A stretch of 64,000 bases of DNA from Planctomycetota bacterium (GTDB lineage: Bacteria; Planctomycetota; UBA8108; SXIK01): the NCBI GenBank assembly GCA_965223845.1, contig CBDCXR010000004.1, positions 32,001-96,000 of the forward strand, in the 5' to 3' direction. Shown here in pieces: positions 10,240 to 20,290 of this stretch; position 1 is the stretch's first letter; the number at the start of each line of letters is the position of its first letter. The notes beneath the pieces were generated by a model, which was given only the letters and a program-made list of their open reading frames with translations, was not told the origin of the DNA and made no database searches. Made by a program: the position numbers and the translations under genes.

Positions 10240-11337
10240 GTGGACGAGCAACCTAGGGTGAATTGCCGCGAAGTCGAAGAACGCCTCTGGCGCTACGTGG
10301 ATCGCGAGTTGCCGGTCGGCGAGCTCACCGCGGTGAGCGAGCACATCGACGACTGCTCGGAGTGCCGTCAGCTCTATCACGAGCAGGCTCGGGACGCGAA
10401 CCGTTGTCGCCGCGCCTTGGCAGAGAGCGCGCTCGGCCCGGCCGCATCCGACCGGATCCTCGGCGCCCTCGAGGGGGCGGGCGTCATCGGGACGACCGCT
10501 TCGCGAGTGTCGGGCCGGCGTGTGCGGGCGCGCTGGGCGATTGCGGCGCTCGTTCCGCTGGCGGTCGGCGTCCTCGCCTGGATGTTTTCGGGAGATCCGC
10601 CTCGACGGCGCCCGCCGCTCGGACTCGCCGAGTCCGCCGACGGGGTCGTCTGCGAGCGCGTGGACGGATCACTCGTCGACCTCTCCCGCCCGCTCGAGGT
10701 TCGGGCCGGCGATCTCTACTCGGTGCCGGAAGGAGTGGAGCTGCGCGTTCGACTCGAGAGCTCGGCCGGCGACGAGAACGCGCTCGTTGCGGTCCACGGC
10801 CCCGCGGAGTTCGAGCTCGAGACGGCCAGCGCTCCCGATCGCTTCTTCGCCATCCTCCACTCGGGAGTCGTCGATTCGACCGTTCGCCCGCGCGTCCGGG
10901 GGGAACCCTTCGAGATTCGCACGAACCTCGCGCTCGCGCGAGTCGTCGGGACGCGGTTTACGCTCGCAACGTTCACCGAGGCGGAGACGACGCTCGAGGT
11001 GAGCAGCGGCCAGGTGGAGTTTATCCCGCTGGGCGACGGGACCGAGGGGCGCGTCGAGCGCGTGACGCGCGAGTCGGGGCCGCGCGTTTTCCGCCAGCGC
11101 GTCGCCAGCGCGGTCGCGGATTCGCCGGGTGCCGTCGCGAGAACGGACGGCGGCGGCGGGGACCGATCGGAAGCGACGGCGAGCGACTCGGCGGCGGTCG
11201 GAGCTCCCGAACCGGGCGAGGCATCGCTCGACTCGGTCGGAGCCGGCGCGTTCGATGCCGGCGCGCGCGGTGGAGCATCCGGCACGCGTCCGCTCCTCGA
11301 TCAGCCGGTCGATCCGCGGCTCGATTCCGACGAGTAG
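10240..11337 (+). CDS. Anti-sigma factor with zf-HC2, TM and FecR-like domain
   Basis: HIDDCSEC, one TM helix, FEIRT..ARVVGTRF..TTLEVSSGQVEF; directly after the ECF sigma gene. Confidence 0.88.
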   Translation: MDEQPRVNCREVEERLWRYVDRELPVGELTAVSEHIDDCSECRQLYHEQARDANRCRRALAESALGPAASDRILGALEGAGVIGTTASRVSGRRVRARWAIAALVPLAVGVLAWMFSGDPPRRRPPLGLAESADGVVCERVDGSLVDLSRPLEVRAGDLYSVPEGVELRVRLESSAGDENALVAVHGPAEFELETASAPDRFFAILHSGVVDSTVRPRVRGEPFEIRTNLALARVVGTRFTLATFTEAETTLEVSSGQVEFIPLGDGTEGRVERVTRESGPRVFRQRVASAVADSPGAVARTDGGGGDRSEATASDSAAVGAPEPGEASLDSVGAGAFDAGARGGASGTRPLLDQPVDPRLDSDE

Positions 11338-11354
11338 CGCCCTGCGGAACCGAC

Positions 11355-12434
11355 TCAGCGCGATTTCTTCGCCGGGCGCTTCCTGCGCCCTGTCTCGCGC
11401 GGCTGAAAGACGAGGACGCCGTCGAAGAAGTAGTAGTAGCGGCTCTCGCCGTAGACCCACTGGTCGAACTCGTCGCCCTCGTGAGCCTTGCGGTAGACGA
11501 ACTCGGGGAATCCGAGAGCGAGGCACACCTCCTGGCGATTCATGCCGACGACGACGCTCCGCTTTTCGGCGAGGCTGCGGTACTCGCGCTCGGTTCGATT
11601 GCGGAGGAGCGCGACCGCGTCGCGGTTCTTGCTGCTGAAGATGCGCAGAGCTTCCGTGTAGTGGCGCTCTCGCGGCGACATCCACTCGCCGTCGTGAAGC
11701 ACGAAGCCCTCGAGCTCGCGGTGTTCCTCGCGCGTGACCCAGCGGCCGCGGTACTCGCGGCAGCCCCACCTCTCGAGCCGCGAGACGAGCGCCGGATCGC
11801 CGCCGTGAGACGAGGCGATCTTTTGCACGAGATCCCGGCACAGCGCCGAGTCTTGCGAGAGCGTGTAGATTCGGTCGACGACGGCGAGCGTTTCGGTGAG
11901 CGCGTCGGCGTCCGCGCTTAGAGTCTCCACGGCGGCGGTAAACGCCTTCCGGGAGAGTGTGAGGAGCCTTTCGTCGCCGCCGGCCGAGCGAGCTTCTGCG
12001 ATGCGTCGACCGAGGTCGATGAATCGTGGCGGGGCTGGACGCGGCATCGCTTCGAGCATTCCGTCTAGCTCGTGAGTAAAGAGCTCGAGGTCACCGGGCG
12101 CGCGGGCCAGGCGATCGACGCGGACGGCGATGCCGTCGATCGATCGCTCGATGCGTCCTTCGAGCGTCAAGTTGTCTTTCTTGGGAGTGAAGTCGAGGAG
12201 AGCTTGCTGGTGCGCCTTCTCGAGTGTGAACGTGAGGTCGCAGTCGAAAAGATGGAGTTGATCGTCGATGAGCTCTCGGTACTTGCCGGTGACGCGAACG
12301 CGTTCGCCGAGCTCGAACGACGCATGATTGAGCTCGGCGCAGCGAAGTCCGAGCTCGACGTCGTTCGCGACGCCGGTCGAACCGGCGGCGGACGTGCAGA
12401 GAAGAACGAGGATGATCGGGGATCGGCGCATCAT
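11355..12434 (-). CDS. Secreted hypothetical protein
   Basis: ATG overlaps the upstream TGA (ATGA); signal peptide; C-terminal GMNRQEVCLALGFP...QWVY (SmpA/BamE-like). Confidence 0.8.
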   Translation of the reverse strand: MMRRSPIILVLLCTSAAGSTGVANDVELGLRCAELNHASFELGERVRVTGKYRELIDDQLHLFDCDLTFTLEKAHQQALLDFTPKKDNLTLEGRIERSIDGIAVRVDRLARAPGDLELFTHELDGMLEAMPRPAPPRFIDLGRRIAEARSAGGDERLLTLSRKAFTAAVETLSADADALTETLAVVDRIYTLSQDSALCRDLVQKIASSHGGDPALVSRLERWGCREYRGRWVTREEHRELEGFVLHDGEWMSPRERHYTEALRIFSSKNRDAVALLRNRTEREYRSLAEKRSVVVGMNRQEVCLALGFPEFVYRKAHEGDEFDQWVYGESRYYYFFDGVLVFQPRETGRRKRPAKKSR

Positions 12435-15400
12435 AGGAGATCGAAGACGAGGAAGCGGCCGTTCGCGCTGGGAACGTAGATTTGGCGACGATAGACGAGG
12501 GGGGAAGAACGAATGGGTGTTCCGGTGTCGAAGGTCCAGAGCGTCTCGAGCGAGTCGGCATCGAGAGCGAAGAGACGCCCGCCATCGACGCACGCGTAGA
12601 GAACTTCTTCGTGGAGGGTGAGACCGGCGATGGGCGTCTTATCGATCGTGCGGTCATCCCGAATCGCGCCGGTTTTCGGATCGAGCTCGACGATGCGACC
12701 TCGAGCTGTCCCGGCGTGCACCGTGTCGCCGACCGCGATGAGCGGGGCGCTCACGGGCGATTCGAGCGGTGTCGACCAGAGCGGCCGACGATTCCCCGAA
12801 TCGAGAGAGAGGCCCTGGATGCGACCGTCGTTGCCGGCGACGACGACGATCGAGGAGACGACGACGGGCGAGTGATCGACACTCGCGCGGACGTCGACGC
12901 GCTTCTCGAGCGACTTGCTCGGTAGGTGAAAGAAGTAGACGCCGTTGTCCGAGCTCGCGGCGATGAGCTTCGAGCCGTAGAACACCGGGCTCGCCTTGAT
13001 CGAGTTCTCCGTCGCGAACGTGGCGGCGATCGTCTTGGCGCGATTGTCGATGAGGGAAATCGACCCGCGCGTGGTGCCGATCGCGACCCAACGACCGTCG
13101 GCCGAGATCGCGGGGGCAGCGAGGACGCTGCCGTCGAGTCGGACCACCCAGCGCGATTTCTTGTTGAGAGTGGAGATCGCCGTCGCCTCGCCGGCAACGG
13201 TGGCGAGGTACACCTCGCTACCGTGAACAGCGAGATCAGAGACGCGATCGCCGAACCGTCCCACGGTCCTCTTCCAGTCGGCGGTCTTTCCGCGCGCGGG
13301 ATCGATCCCGTAGAGGTTGCCGTCGCGCGAAACCGCGATCAGCCGGTTCTTTGCGATCAGCGGCTGCTGTTCGAGTGCGATGGCGGGATGGAACTCGCGG
13401 CTCGGAGTTCGCTCGAGACGGATCACGACATCGACCTGGTCGACGAGCTCGAGGGTCATTCTTACCGTCTTACATCCCTTGAGCGCCGCCGTGATCTCGA
13501 GCTCTTCGCCCGGGAGGTACTGCACGATCCAAGGGGTCTCGCGGCGGCTCTCTTCCACTCGGGTCTCCTCCGCGACCGTGACCGATCTCTTTACGAGGAG
13601 ACTGGCGCCGGGGGGGGAGGAGGAGATCCTGAGCGGCAGTGGGAGCTCCGCGGCTTCGGCGATGCTCGTGAACTGCGTGCGCATTGCGGTGGCTAAGTCG
13701 TGAGCCGCCTGAAGTTCCCCGTCTCTCAGGAGGACCTCGAGCTGCTCGACGCCGGCACGGAACTCCTCCCGTCGACGCCGTCGTTCTTCGTTCTGCTGTT
13801 CGATGCGGCCCCGCTCCGCGTGCTTGACGGTCGCGACTCGCGCGGCCTCGAACGCGGAGATGCGCTCGATTGCGGCGTGAGCGTCGGCGGCGCGCGTGCT
13901 GAGGCTGTATCTCTGGATCACTTCCTCGTAGCGCTCTTTTGCTTCGCTGAAGTCGAGAGAGATCCGCGAGACTTCTTCCAGGCGCATCGCGGCGTTGTAG
14001 AGCTCGCGCGCCTTCCACTCGTAGACGATCGGGACGAGAAGAAGTACCGCGGCGATCGAGCCGCTGATCGCGAGGATCTTGAGCCGGCGCTTCTTCCGAG
14101 CCTCGAGCTGGTCGATCTTCGCCTGAGTCGCGCTGATCCGCTGCTTGAGCTCGACGTTCTTCGGCGCCAGATTCTGAAGAATGCGCAGGATCTTCAGCAG
14201 ATCCCGGTGCTTCCCCTGCTCTTCGAGCGCTGCCGCCACGCTCTCGAAGTACTCCGCCGCTTTCTCGATCTCGTCGGCCTTCTGGTAGAGCGTGCCGATC
14301 TCGATCATCAAGTTGAGATCGTCGGGGTCGAGCTCGATCACGGCGCTCAGCACGGCGGCCGCCTCGTCGAGCTGGCCGTCGCGCTGGAGCCGCCGTGCGA
14401 GACCGGTCGCAACCGTCGAGCTGCGCTCGACGTCGCGGCGAGAGAGCACGTGGTCGTAGAGCGCGCGGAGCTGATCGACGCTCAGCAGTCGTTCGGAGGC
14501 GGTGAGCTGATCGGCCAGCTTGTCGGCGAGATCGCTCGACGGGTCGTCGCGAGTGAGCTCGAAGGCGCGGAAGAGACACTCGCGTGATTCGTCGTCCTTG
14601 TCTGCCTCAGCGAGCGAATGGCCGAGACGGACCCAGATCCGCGGATCGTTCGGGGCCAGTCGCGAAGCGAAGCGGAGAAAGCGAGTCGCGGCGTTGCCGG
14701 TTCGAGCGCGCTGGTGCGCCTCGGCGCCGGCCAGGCATTCTTCGACCGTGAGCGGCCGGATCGATCCCTCGGTGAGGCGATCGACGAGGCACTTGCACAG
14801 CTCGAAGCGCGTGCCGTAGTAGAACTCCTCGAGGTCGCGGACGGAGCGTTCGCCGTCGATCTTTTCGAAGAAGGAGGCGTTGAGCTCGTCCCCCGACTGC
14901 TCTGGGGTTCCCGTCGCGACGAGGATGACGTCGAACGTCGGGATGTGCTGGCGGATGACTTGCCACTCGTCGACGCGCCGGAGCCCCTCCATGATGACGC
15001 TGTTCGTGTTGACCGCGGCCGAGGTCGTCTTCTGCAGGTCGTCGAAGAGCTCTTCCGGGCAGTGGTCGATCTCGAACTCGAAGTGTCCAGAAGTCCAGAG
15101 GAAGAGGTCGAAGATCTCTTCCTGGATTTTCATCGTCAGCGCGCGATCGATGTCCTCCTTCGTGACCAGTCCCTTGCGGAGAAGGGCGAGACCGATCGAT
15201 CCGTGCGTCAGCTCTTCCCGCGTGCGGATCTCGGATAGATCGTCCGCGGTGATGAGCTGCATGCGAACGAGAGCCGGGCCGACTTGAAGCTCTTCCGGCT
15301 TGCCGGTGGAGAATTTGCGGATGTTGCCCTGGGCGAAGTAGATCAGCCGCTGGTCACCCTCCGGCCCGACGAGCTTGAGGGTGCCGGTGTGGTTGTTGAT

Positions 15401-15457
15401 GGCGAGCGACTGCAGAATCTCGCCGAGGCTGAAGCTGGAAAGGTCGCCCTTGAGCAT
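12431..15457 (-). CDS. DUF4388 + MshEN-like + TPR + TM + PEGA-like + PQQ beta-propeller protein
   Basis: MLKGDLSSFSLGEILQSL..TGTL, LFLWTSGHFEF, IMEGLRRVDEW (DUF4388); ISSSPPGA (PEGA-like); C-terminal propeller blades. Confidence 0.88.
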   Translation of the reverse strand: MLKGDLSSFSLGEILQSLAINNHTGTLKLVGPEGDQRLIYFAQGNIRKFSTGKPEELQVGPALVRMQLITADDLSEIRTREELTHGSIGLALLRKGLVTKEDIDRALTMKIQEEIFDLFLWTSGHFEFEIDHCPEELFDDLQKTTSAAVNTNSVIMEGLRRVDEWQVIRQHIPTFDVILVATGTPEQSGDELNASFFEKIDGERSVRDLEEFYYGTRFELCKCLVDRLTEGSIRPLTVEECLAGAEAHQRARTGNAATRFLRFASRLAPNDPRIWVRLGHSLAEADKDDESRECLFRAFELTRDDPSSDLADKLADQLTASERLLSVDQLRALYDHVLSRRDVERSSTVATGLARRLQRDGQLDEAAAVLSAVIELDPDDLNLMIEIGTLYQKADEIEKAAEYFESVAAALEEQGKHRDLLKILRILQNLAPKNVELKQRISATQAKIDQLEARKKRRLKILAISGSIAAVLLLVPIVYEWKARELYNAAMRLEEVSRISLDFSEAKERYEEVIQRYSLSTRAADAHAAIERISAFEAARVATVKHAERGRIEQQNEERRRRREEFRAGVEQLEVLLRDGELQAAHDLATAMRTQFTSIAEAAELPLPLRISSSPPGASLLVKRSVTVAEETRVEESRRETPWIVQYLPGEELEITAALKGCKTVRMTLELVDQVDVVIRLERTPSREFHPAIALEQQPLIAKNRLIAVSRDGNLYGIDPARGKTADWKRTVGRFGDRVSDLAVHGSEVYLATVAGEATAISTLNKKSRWVVRLDGSVLAAPAISADGRWVAIGTTRGSISLIDNRAKTIAATFATENSIKASPVFYGSKLIAASSDNGVYFFHLPSKSLEKRVDVRASVDHSPVVVSSIVVVAGNDGRIQGLSLDSGNRRPLWSTPLESPVSAPLIAVGDTVHAGTARGRIVELDPKTGAIRDDRTIDKTPIAGLTLHEEVLYACVDGGRLFALDADSLETLWTFDTGTPIRSSPLVYRRQIYVPSANGRFLVFDLL

Positions 15458-16071
15458 GGTCCGTTCGCAACTCGAGCGTGCCGATGGCAGCCAAACGAGT
15501 CGTCGCGATCGACGCCGACTCGACCGAGCGCCGTGTCGACGGTCCGCTCGATCGTACGTCTGCCTCAAGCGCGCCGATCGCTGCCGAAGGCGCTCCGGGA
15601 TGAGCTTTGGATCTAAATCGGGAAGGTGAATCCGTGACGGTAGTTCCCGCGACGGATCGCCCTTTCGCGAGACTGCACGAGGCAATTCGCTGTGCGCGAG
15701 CCCCTACGCTGTGAATATCGTCGGCGGCTCGGGGATTCCTTGTCGGGAAACCGAAAGACGACTTATCGGCACGGTGATCTCTGTGGCTGTCGCCGTCGGG
15801 ACTCGGAGAGGCTTGCTCGCACCGACGCAGCGAACTACGCATTTGTTCGTGAGTTTCGCCGGCGTCCCGCGGAACTTCTTCGGAACGCATGCGGACTCTT
15901 CATGCGTTTCTGCTACCGCGCGCGGCGTCGGCAACTGGTGAGAATGCCCCGTTCAACTCACGAGCATCGGGCCGACTTGTCCCTCGGGTCCCGGGCATCG
16001 TAGGTTTGGATACGGACCGACAGCGGGTTCGTCAGCATTTTGAAGTTCGCGATCCACTGGGGCGTCTCTCG

Positions 16072-16638
16072 ATGTCACGTTTCGACGAGAATCTCTTCCG
16101 CCGCATTGCCGTTTACAACAATTACATCAGCAAAGCGCAGCTCGAAGAGTGCCTGCGCGAGCAGCAGGACTGCGGTGGCAAGCGACCCCTGTCCGAGATC
16201 CTCCAGGAGAAGGGATATCTCGCGGAGGAACAGCTCGCTTCGATCCTCGACGTTCGGCGAAAGAAACTCCGCAAGTATCTGCGGAGCCCGAAGGAGGCGC
16301 AGGAGAGTGATCGGACCTTCGGGCAGATCGCACTCAACGAAGGACTCGTCGACCTCGAACAGCTCGAGGACGCCCTTCTAGAGCAAGAGCGGCTCGCGCG
16401 CCTCAATCTGCGGTTCCGCGTCGGCGAGATCCTCGTCGCGAAGAAGATCCTCTCCGCCGAGGACGTCCTCGCGGTTCTCTCGAAGCAGGGAAAGAGGATC
16501 CTTGTTTGTCCGGCGTGCGAGAGTCACTTCAACGTCGCCGAGTTCGAGGAATCTGCGTCGTATCGGTGCGCGAAGTGTGAAGAGCGACTGGAAGTGCCGA
16601 AATACCTCGACTCGGTCGCAGTCGACGCGGTGCTGTGA
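16072..16638 (+). CDS. MshEN-like repeat protein with C-terminal Zn ribbon
   Basis: Four (R/F)(L/V)GxILxxxGxxxxxQLxxxLxxQ-like repeats, then CPAC..CAKC. Confidence 0.8.
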   Translation: MSRFDENLFRRIAVYNNYISKAQLEECLREQQDCGGKRPLSEILQEKGYLAEEQLASILDVRRKKLRKYLRSPKEAQESDRTFGQIALNEGLVDLEQLEDALLEQERLARLNLRFRVGEILVAKKILSAEDVLAVLSKQGKRILVCPACESHFNVAEFEESASYRCAKCEERLEVPKYLDSVAVDAVL

Positions 16639-16683
16639 TCAGGACGATGCCGCGCGGAAGCGGACGGTGAACGGAGCAGTCGG

Positions 16684-17496
16684 ATGACGGAGTCCCAGCG
16701 AGAAGTCGACCTGATCGATGCCCTCGTTCAGAGCGGTGTCGTCGCCGAGGCCCAGCTGAAGGCGGCCTACGACTACCAGCGCTCCCTCGGCGGAGAAATC
16801 CCCGAGATTCTAGTGAAGCTCGGAATGATCCGTCGCTCGAAGCTCGACGCCGTCGTCTCGGCGGTCGAATCCGGTTCCAGCGTCGACGGGCTCGGCTCGG
16901 ATTCTTCGGATCGACGCCTGGACCCCGGACAGATCGACTTCTCTGAGCTCAAGGTGCATCACCGTATCCTCGACAAGCTACCCGGGGAGCTCGTCGACGA
17001 GTTTCTTCTCGTCCTCTACTTCCCGCTCGCGAAGCTCGATTCGAGGCGGTTGATTCTCGGACACGGCCGCGAGGTGAGCGATGAGCTCGTCGAGGCCGCG
17101 CGGAAGAAACTAAACGTCGACATGTACTCGCTCGAGCTGCCGCCCGCGGTGGCGGCCTCGTCGCTGATCGAGTATCTGGACCGCGCGGGAAAACCCATCT
17201 CGGATGAGCTGCGATCGCTCGCCGCGTCGTCGGCATCGCCCCCGGCCTCCGAGGACGCTGCGACGGGGAGGCTCGACCCGTCGCCGACGCCCTCAACGGC
17301 GCTCGACGCGAGTGCCGACGAGTCCGAAGCCCCGTCCGGTTCACTCGCAGACTCCGACCCGGACGCGTTTTCGTTCGACGGGCAGGGCGAGATCGTCACC
17401 GTCGCGCTGATCCATCTGCTCGCGAAGAAGAAGCTGATCCGGCGCGAGGAGCTCGATGTCGAGGTCGAGCTAGAGCGACGCCGTCGTCGTCGCTAG
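16684..17496 (+). CDS. GspE/PilB N-terminal (MshEN-like) domain protein without ATPase
   Basis: LIDALVQSGVVAEAQLKAAYDYQRSLGGEIPEILVKLGMI; C-terminal ALIHLLAKKKLIRREEL. Confidence 0.75.
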   Translation: MTESQREVDLIDALVQSGVVAEAQLKAAYDYQRSLGGEIPEILVKLGMIRRSKLDAVVSAVESGSSVDGLGSDSSDRRLDPGQIDFSELKVHHRILDKLPGELVDEFLLVLYFPLAKLDSRRLILGHGREVSDELVEAARKKLNVDMYSLELPPAVAASSLIEYLDRAGKPISDELRSLAASSASPPASEDAATGRLDPSPTPSTALDASADESEAPSGSLADSDPDAFSFDGQGEIVTVALIHLLAKKKLIRREELDVEVELERRRRRR

Positions 17497-17571
17497 TCGT
17501 CACACCGGCGAACCCGGTCGCGCACGTCGCGGCGAAGAGCGGGAAACCGGACGGTGAGTCCGGGTGGCGAC

Positions 17572-18099
17572 TCAGCCGCCGAACGACTCCAGCGCTCGCC
17601 GGAGGGCGATCCAAAGCGCGCAGCAACCCGCGAAGGTGAGGCCGACGACCGCGAGCCAGAGGACCAGCCGAACCCAGCGGCGGCTGCGGCGAAGTCGACG
17701 CGCGAGGAACGGCTCGCGCCGGAGCTCGGCGAGCGATCGGGCGACGCCGATCTCGAGACGATCGTCGAGAGCGGCATCGATCGACGCGAATCCGGTGGTG
17801 AGAGAGCGATCGAGAGCCGCGATCTGCATCGCGTGCTCGCGACACGACGGACACTCGGAGACGTGCTCGAGCGCCGAGGCGAGTCGTGCGGATTCCTCGG
17901 CCCGGTGACTCTCGGCGAGCGGAGGAGCTGGGCTTTCCTCGAATCCCAGGGCGTCCGCAGTGACGGCGTCGAGCTCGGTCTCCCCACGGAGCGAGGGTGC
18001 GTCGTCACTGACGCTGACGAGGGTGGCGCCATCGCTCGCCCAATGGGCGAGAAGCTCACCCTGGGCCCAATCGCACTTCGCGGCAGTTTCGTCCGTCAT
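17572..18099 (-). CDS. Zinc-finger anti-sigma factor
   Basis: HVSECPSC (HxxxCxxC), C-terminal TM helix, downstream of an ECF sigma gene. Confidence 0.75.
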   Translation of the reverse strand: MTDETAAKCDWAQGELLAHWASDGATLVSVSDDAPSLRGETELDAVTADALGFEESPAPPLAESHRAEESARLASALEHVSECPSCREHAMQIAALDRSLTTGFASIDAALDDRLEIGVARSLAELRREPFLARRLRRSRRWVRLVLWLAVVGLTFAGCCALWIALRRALESFGG

Positions 18100-18208
18100 C
18101 GGTCGCGCCCTCTCGGGCTGTAGGAGTCCTTCTCGAAGAAAGAGCGTCTCTCAGGAGTTTCGTCTGAAGTCGGTCGAGTCATTCGGAAACAGAAAACCAT
18201 CGGAACGA

Positions 18209-18814
18209 TCAGTCGGAGTCGGCGCGCACCGACTCCGGTGGTTGAGGGAGGGTTTCGCGCAGCTTGGCGAGCGCGCGGAAGAGTCGATTGCGAATGGTGC
18301 CCTCCGGTTCTCCGAGGTGCTGCGCCATGGCGCGTCCGTCCATTCCGTGGAGATACTTGAGCGTGATCACCTCGCGATAGCGTTCCGGGAGCCCGTCGAG
18401 GAGGCGGAGAACCTGCTCGAACTCTTCGCTGGTTTCGACCTCCTCGACGAAGCCGGGCCGCGACGCCCCGATCGCACCGGCGTCGGAAACCGCATCGATC
18501 GAAAGCATGGATTTACGGCCGCGCAGATGGTCGGTCGCGACGTTGCGAGCGATCTGAAGCAGCCAACCGAGAAACGCGGTGGGCTCGTTGAGCCGCCCGA
18601 GCGAGCGGAACGCTCGTTCGAACGTCTCTTGAGCCACGTCTTCGGCCTCGCGGAGATCACCGAGCTTCTGCAGCGCGAGTACGGTGAGCCCCTTCCAGTG
18701 CTTGCGAACGAGCCGTTCGTAAGCTTCTTCGACCGCTGCTCGAGTTCTGCTGGCACGGATTGTCTCGACGAGCCGGCCGTCTTCCAGGTGCTCAGCTCTG
18801 TCGCTCACCTTCAT
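18209..18814 (-). CDS. ECF RNA polymerase sigma factor
   Basis: AEDVAQETFERAF, FLGWLLQIARN, GTIRNRLFRA. Confidence 0.92.
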   Translation of the reverse strand: MKVSDRAEHLEDGRLVETIRASRTRAAVEEAYERLVRKHWKGLTVLALQKLGDLREAEDVAQETFERAFRSLGRLNEPTAFLGWLLQIARNVATDHLRGRKSMLSIDAVSDAGAIGASRPGFVEEVETSEEFEQVLRLLDGLPERYREVITLKYLHGMDGRAMAQHLGEPEGTIRNRLFRALAKLRETLPQPPESVRADSD

Positions 18815-18991
18815 GAATTCCCGTTCGTGTCGGGCTCGTCTCACCCGCGGACGGCCGCGAGGGGGAACCGTCTCAATTCTGGACACGGTCGGCGCCGGGC
18901 GCCTTCGCGCCAGAGCGCGAACATCCGGTCCACCCCCATCTTACGACGGATCCTCTGCCCTGCGCGTTGCGGTCGAGGAGGTCGCCGTCGT

Positions 18992-19020
18992 TTGACAGCG
19001 TCCGAGGAGCCACGTATTCT
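18992..19020 (+). promoter_or_regulatory. Putative sigma70 promoter
   Basis: TTGACA-17bp-TATTCT about 120 bp before ATG 19144. Confidence 0.6.
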
Positions 19021-19143
19021 TCTTCGGCTCCGCGGGCGCGGAGGCGCGTAAATATTTATTCGGAAGGTGGTTGTGACGATCCCGAGCGTCGAATCCGGGG
19101 CCGCTCAACTGAAGAGAAACCGGCGACCGTGGAGGTCCCTCGC

Positions 19144-20061
19144 ATGACGGACGAACATCGAGATCAGCTTCGCGACGAGGCGAACCCTCACGAAGACGAC
19201 GAGGAGATGACCATCATCCTCGAGGACGAGGCGGGTAGCTTCTCCGACAGCGTGACGCAGACCGTCCCGGTCTTCGAGGAGAGCGAGGACACGGAAGAGG
19301 TGTTCGTGCTCCTCCCCGACGGAGACGCCGCGGACATTCCGCTCGCCGCCACCGAGGAGGTCGAGCTCACGCAACCGCTCGAGGGGAGCCCTCATCTCCA
19401 GACCGCTTTCGACGCAGCGACGGCGCCCTCCGCGGGCGCCGGACTCCGCCGGGACAATCCCGCCGAGTTCGGCGAGACCTCGCCGATGCAGACCGAGCAT
19501 CTCGAGTTCACCGTCGACGAGCCCACGGAAGCCTGCTTCGTCGCGGAGGAGCCGACCGATCCCGTCGGGCCTGGCGATCTCGAAAGCTTGGCGACTCAGG
19601 TCGCCGACGAGTTCATCGCCGACGATTCGTTCATCGCCGAAGACGGCGAGTACGACGATACCGAGGTCCACCAGACCTTCGAACCGGCGGACGAGGACGG
19701 CTTCGCCGCGACGCCGTCCCGTTCGCGGCGGAAGCGCGGTTCCTTTGCGAAAAGGTTCGCGCTCGTGGCGGCCGCGCTGGTCGTCGGTGTCGGGAGTGCG
19801 GTGTACTTCGTCCCGGAGTACTGCGGACCTCTCCCGGGATACGTTGATTCGGTCGCCGCGATGCTCGGCTTCGCGTCTGAAGACGACGCCGGCGGAACCG
19901 CGATCGTGGGTCCGGCGGTGCCGCCGCCGGTCGATGATCCGACGGTGGCCGTCGATCCCGTCGATCCCGATGAGAATCCAGCGGAGGTCGCGCTCGCGAC
20001 GTTCCGAAATCGTGTGCGCGATTCGATCGAGTGGGGCTTTCGCTCGAGCGATTCGCCCTAG
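19144..20061 (+). CDS. Acidic, largely disordered single-pass membrane protein
   Basis: GGAGG RBS; very D/E-rich N-terminus, basic patch, then one TM helix (FALVAAALVVGVGSAVYFV). Confidence 0.8.
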   Translation: MTDEHRDQLRDEANPHEDDEEMTIILEDEAGSFSDSVTQTVPVFEESEDTEEVFVLLPDGDAADIPLAATEEVELTQPLEGSPHLQTAFDAATAPSAGAGLRRDNPAEFGETSPMQTEHLEFTVDEPTEACFVAEEPTDPVGPGDLESLATQVADEFIADDSFIAEDGEYDDTEVHQTFEPADEDGFAATPSRSRRKRGSFAKRFALVAAALVVGVGSAVYFVPEYCGPLPGYVDSVAAMLGFASEDDAGGTAIVGPAVPPPVDDPTVAVDPVDPDENPAEVALATFRNRVRDSIEWGFRSSDSP

Positions 20062-20290
20062 GAGCTGCCCCCGGTTCTCACTCGGAACAACGAGCGTCGC
20101 ACGATCGACGCTCGTGTGACGTCGGTCTTCGTGTCGTTCCTTCGGATTCTTCGGCCCCGTTTTGACCGAGAAGACGAGGCGAGATTACGCCGAAGAAAGA
20201 GAAGGGACCGGGTCGAGCTCGATCCCGCGCTCGGCGCGAGCTCCCGCCTGAACGAGAACCGAGAGACTACGGGGACGAGGTGAACCAGAA

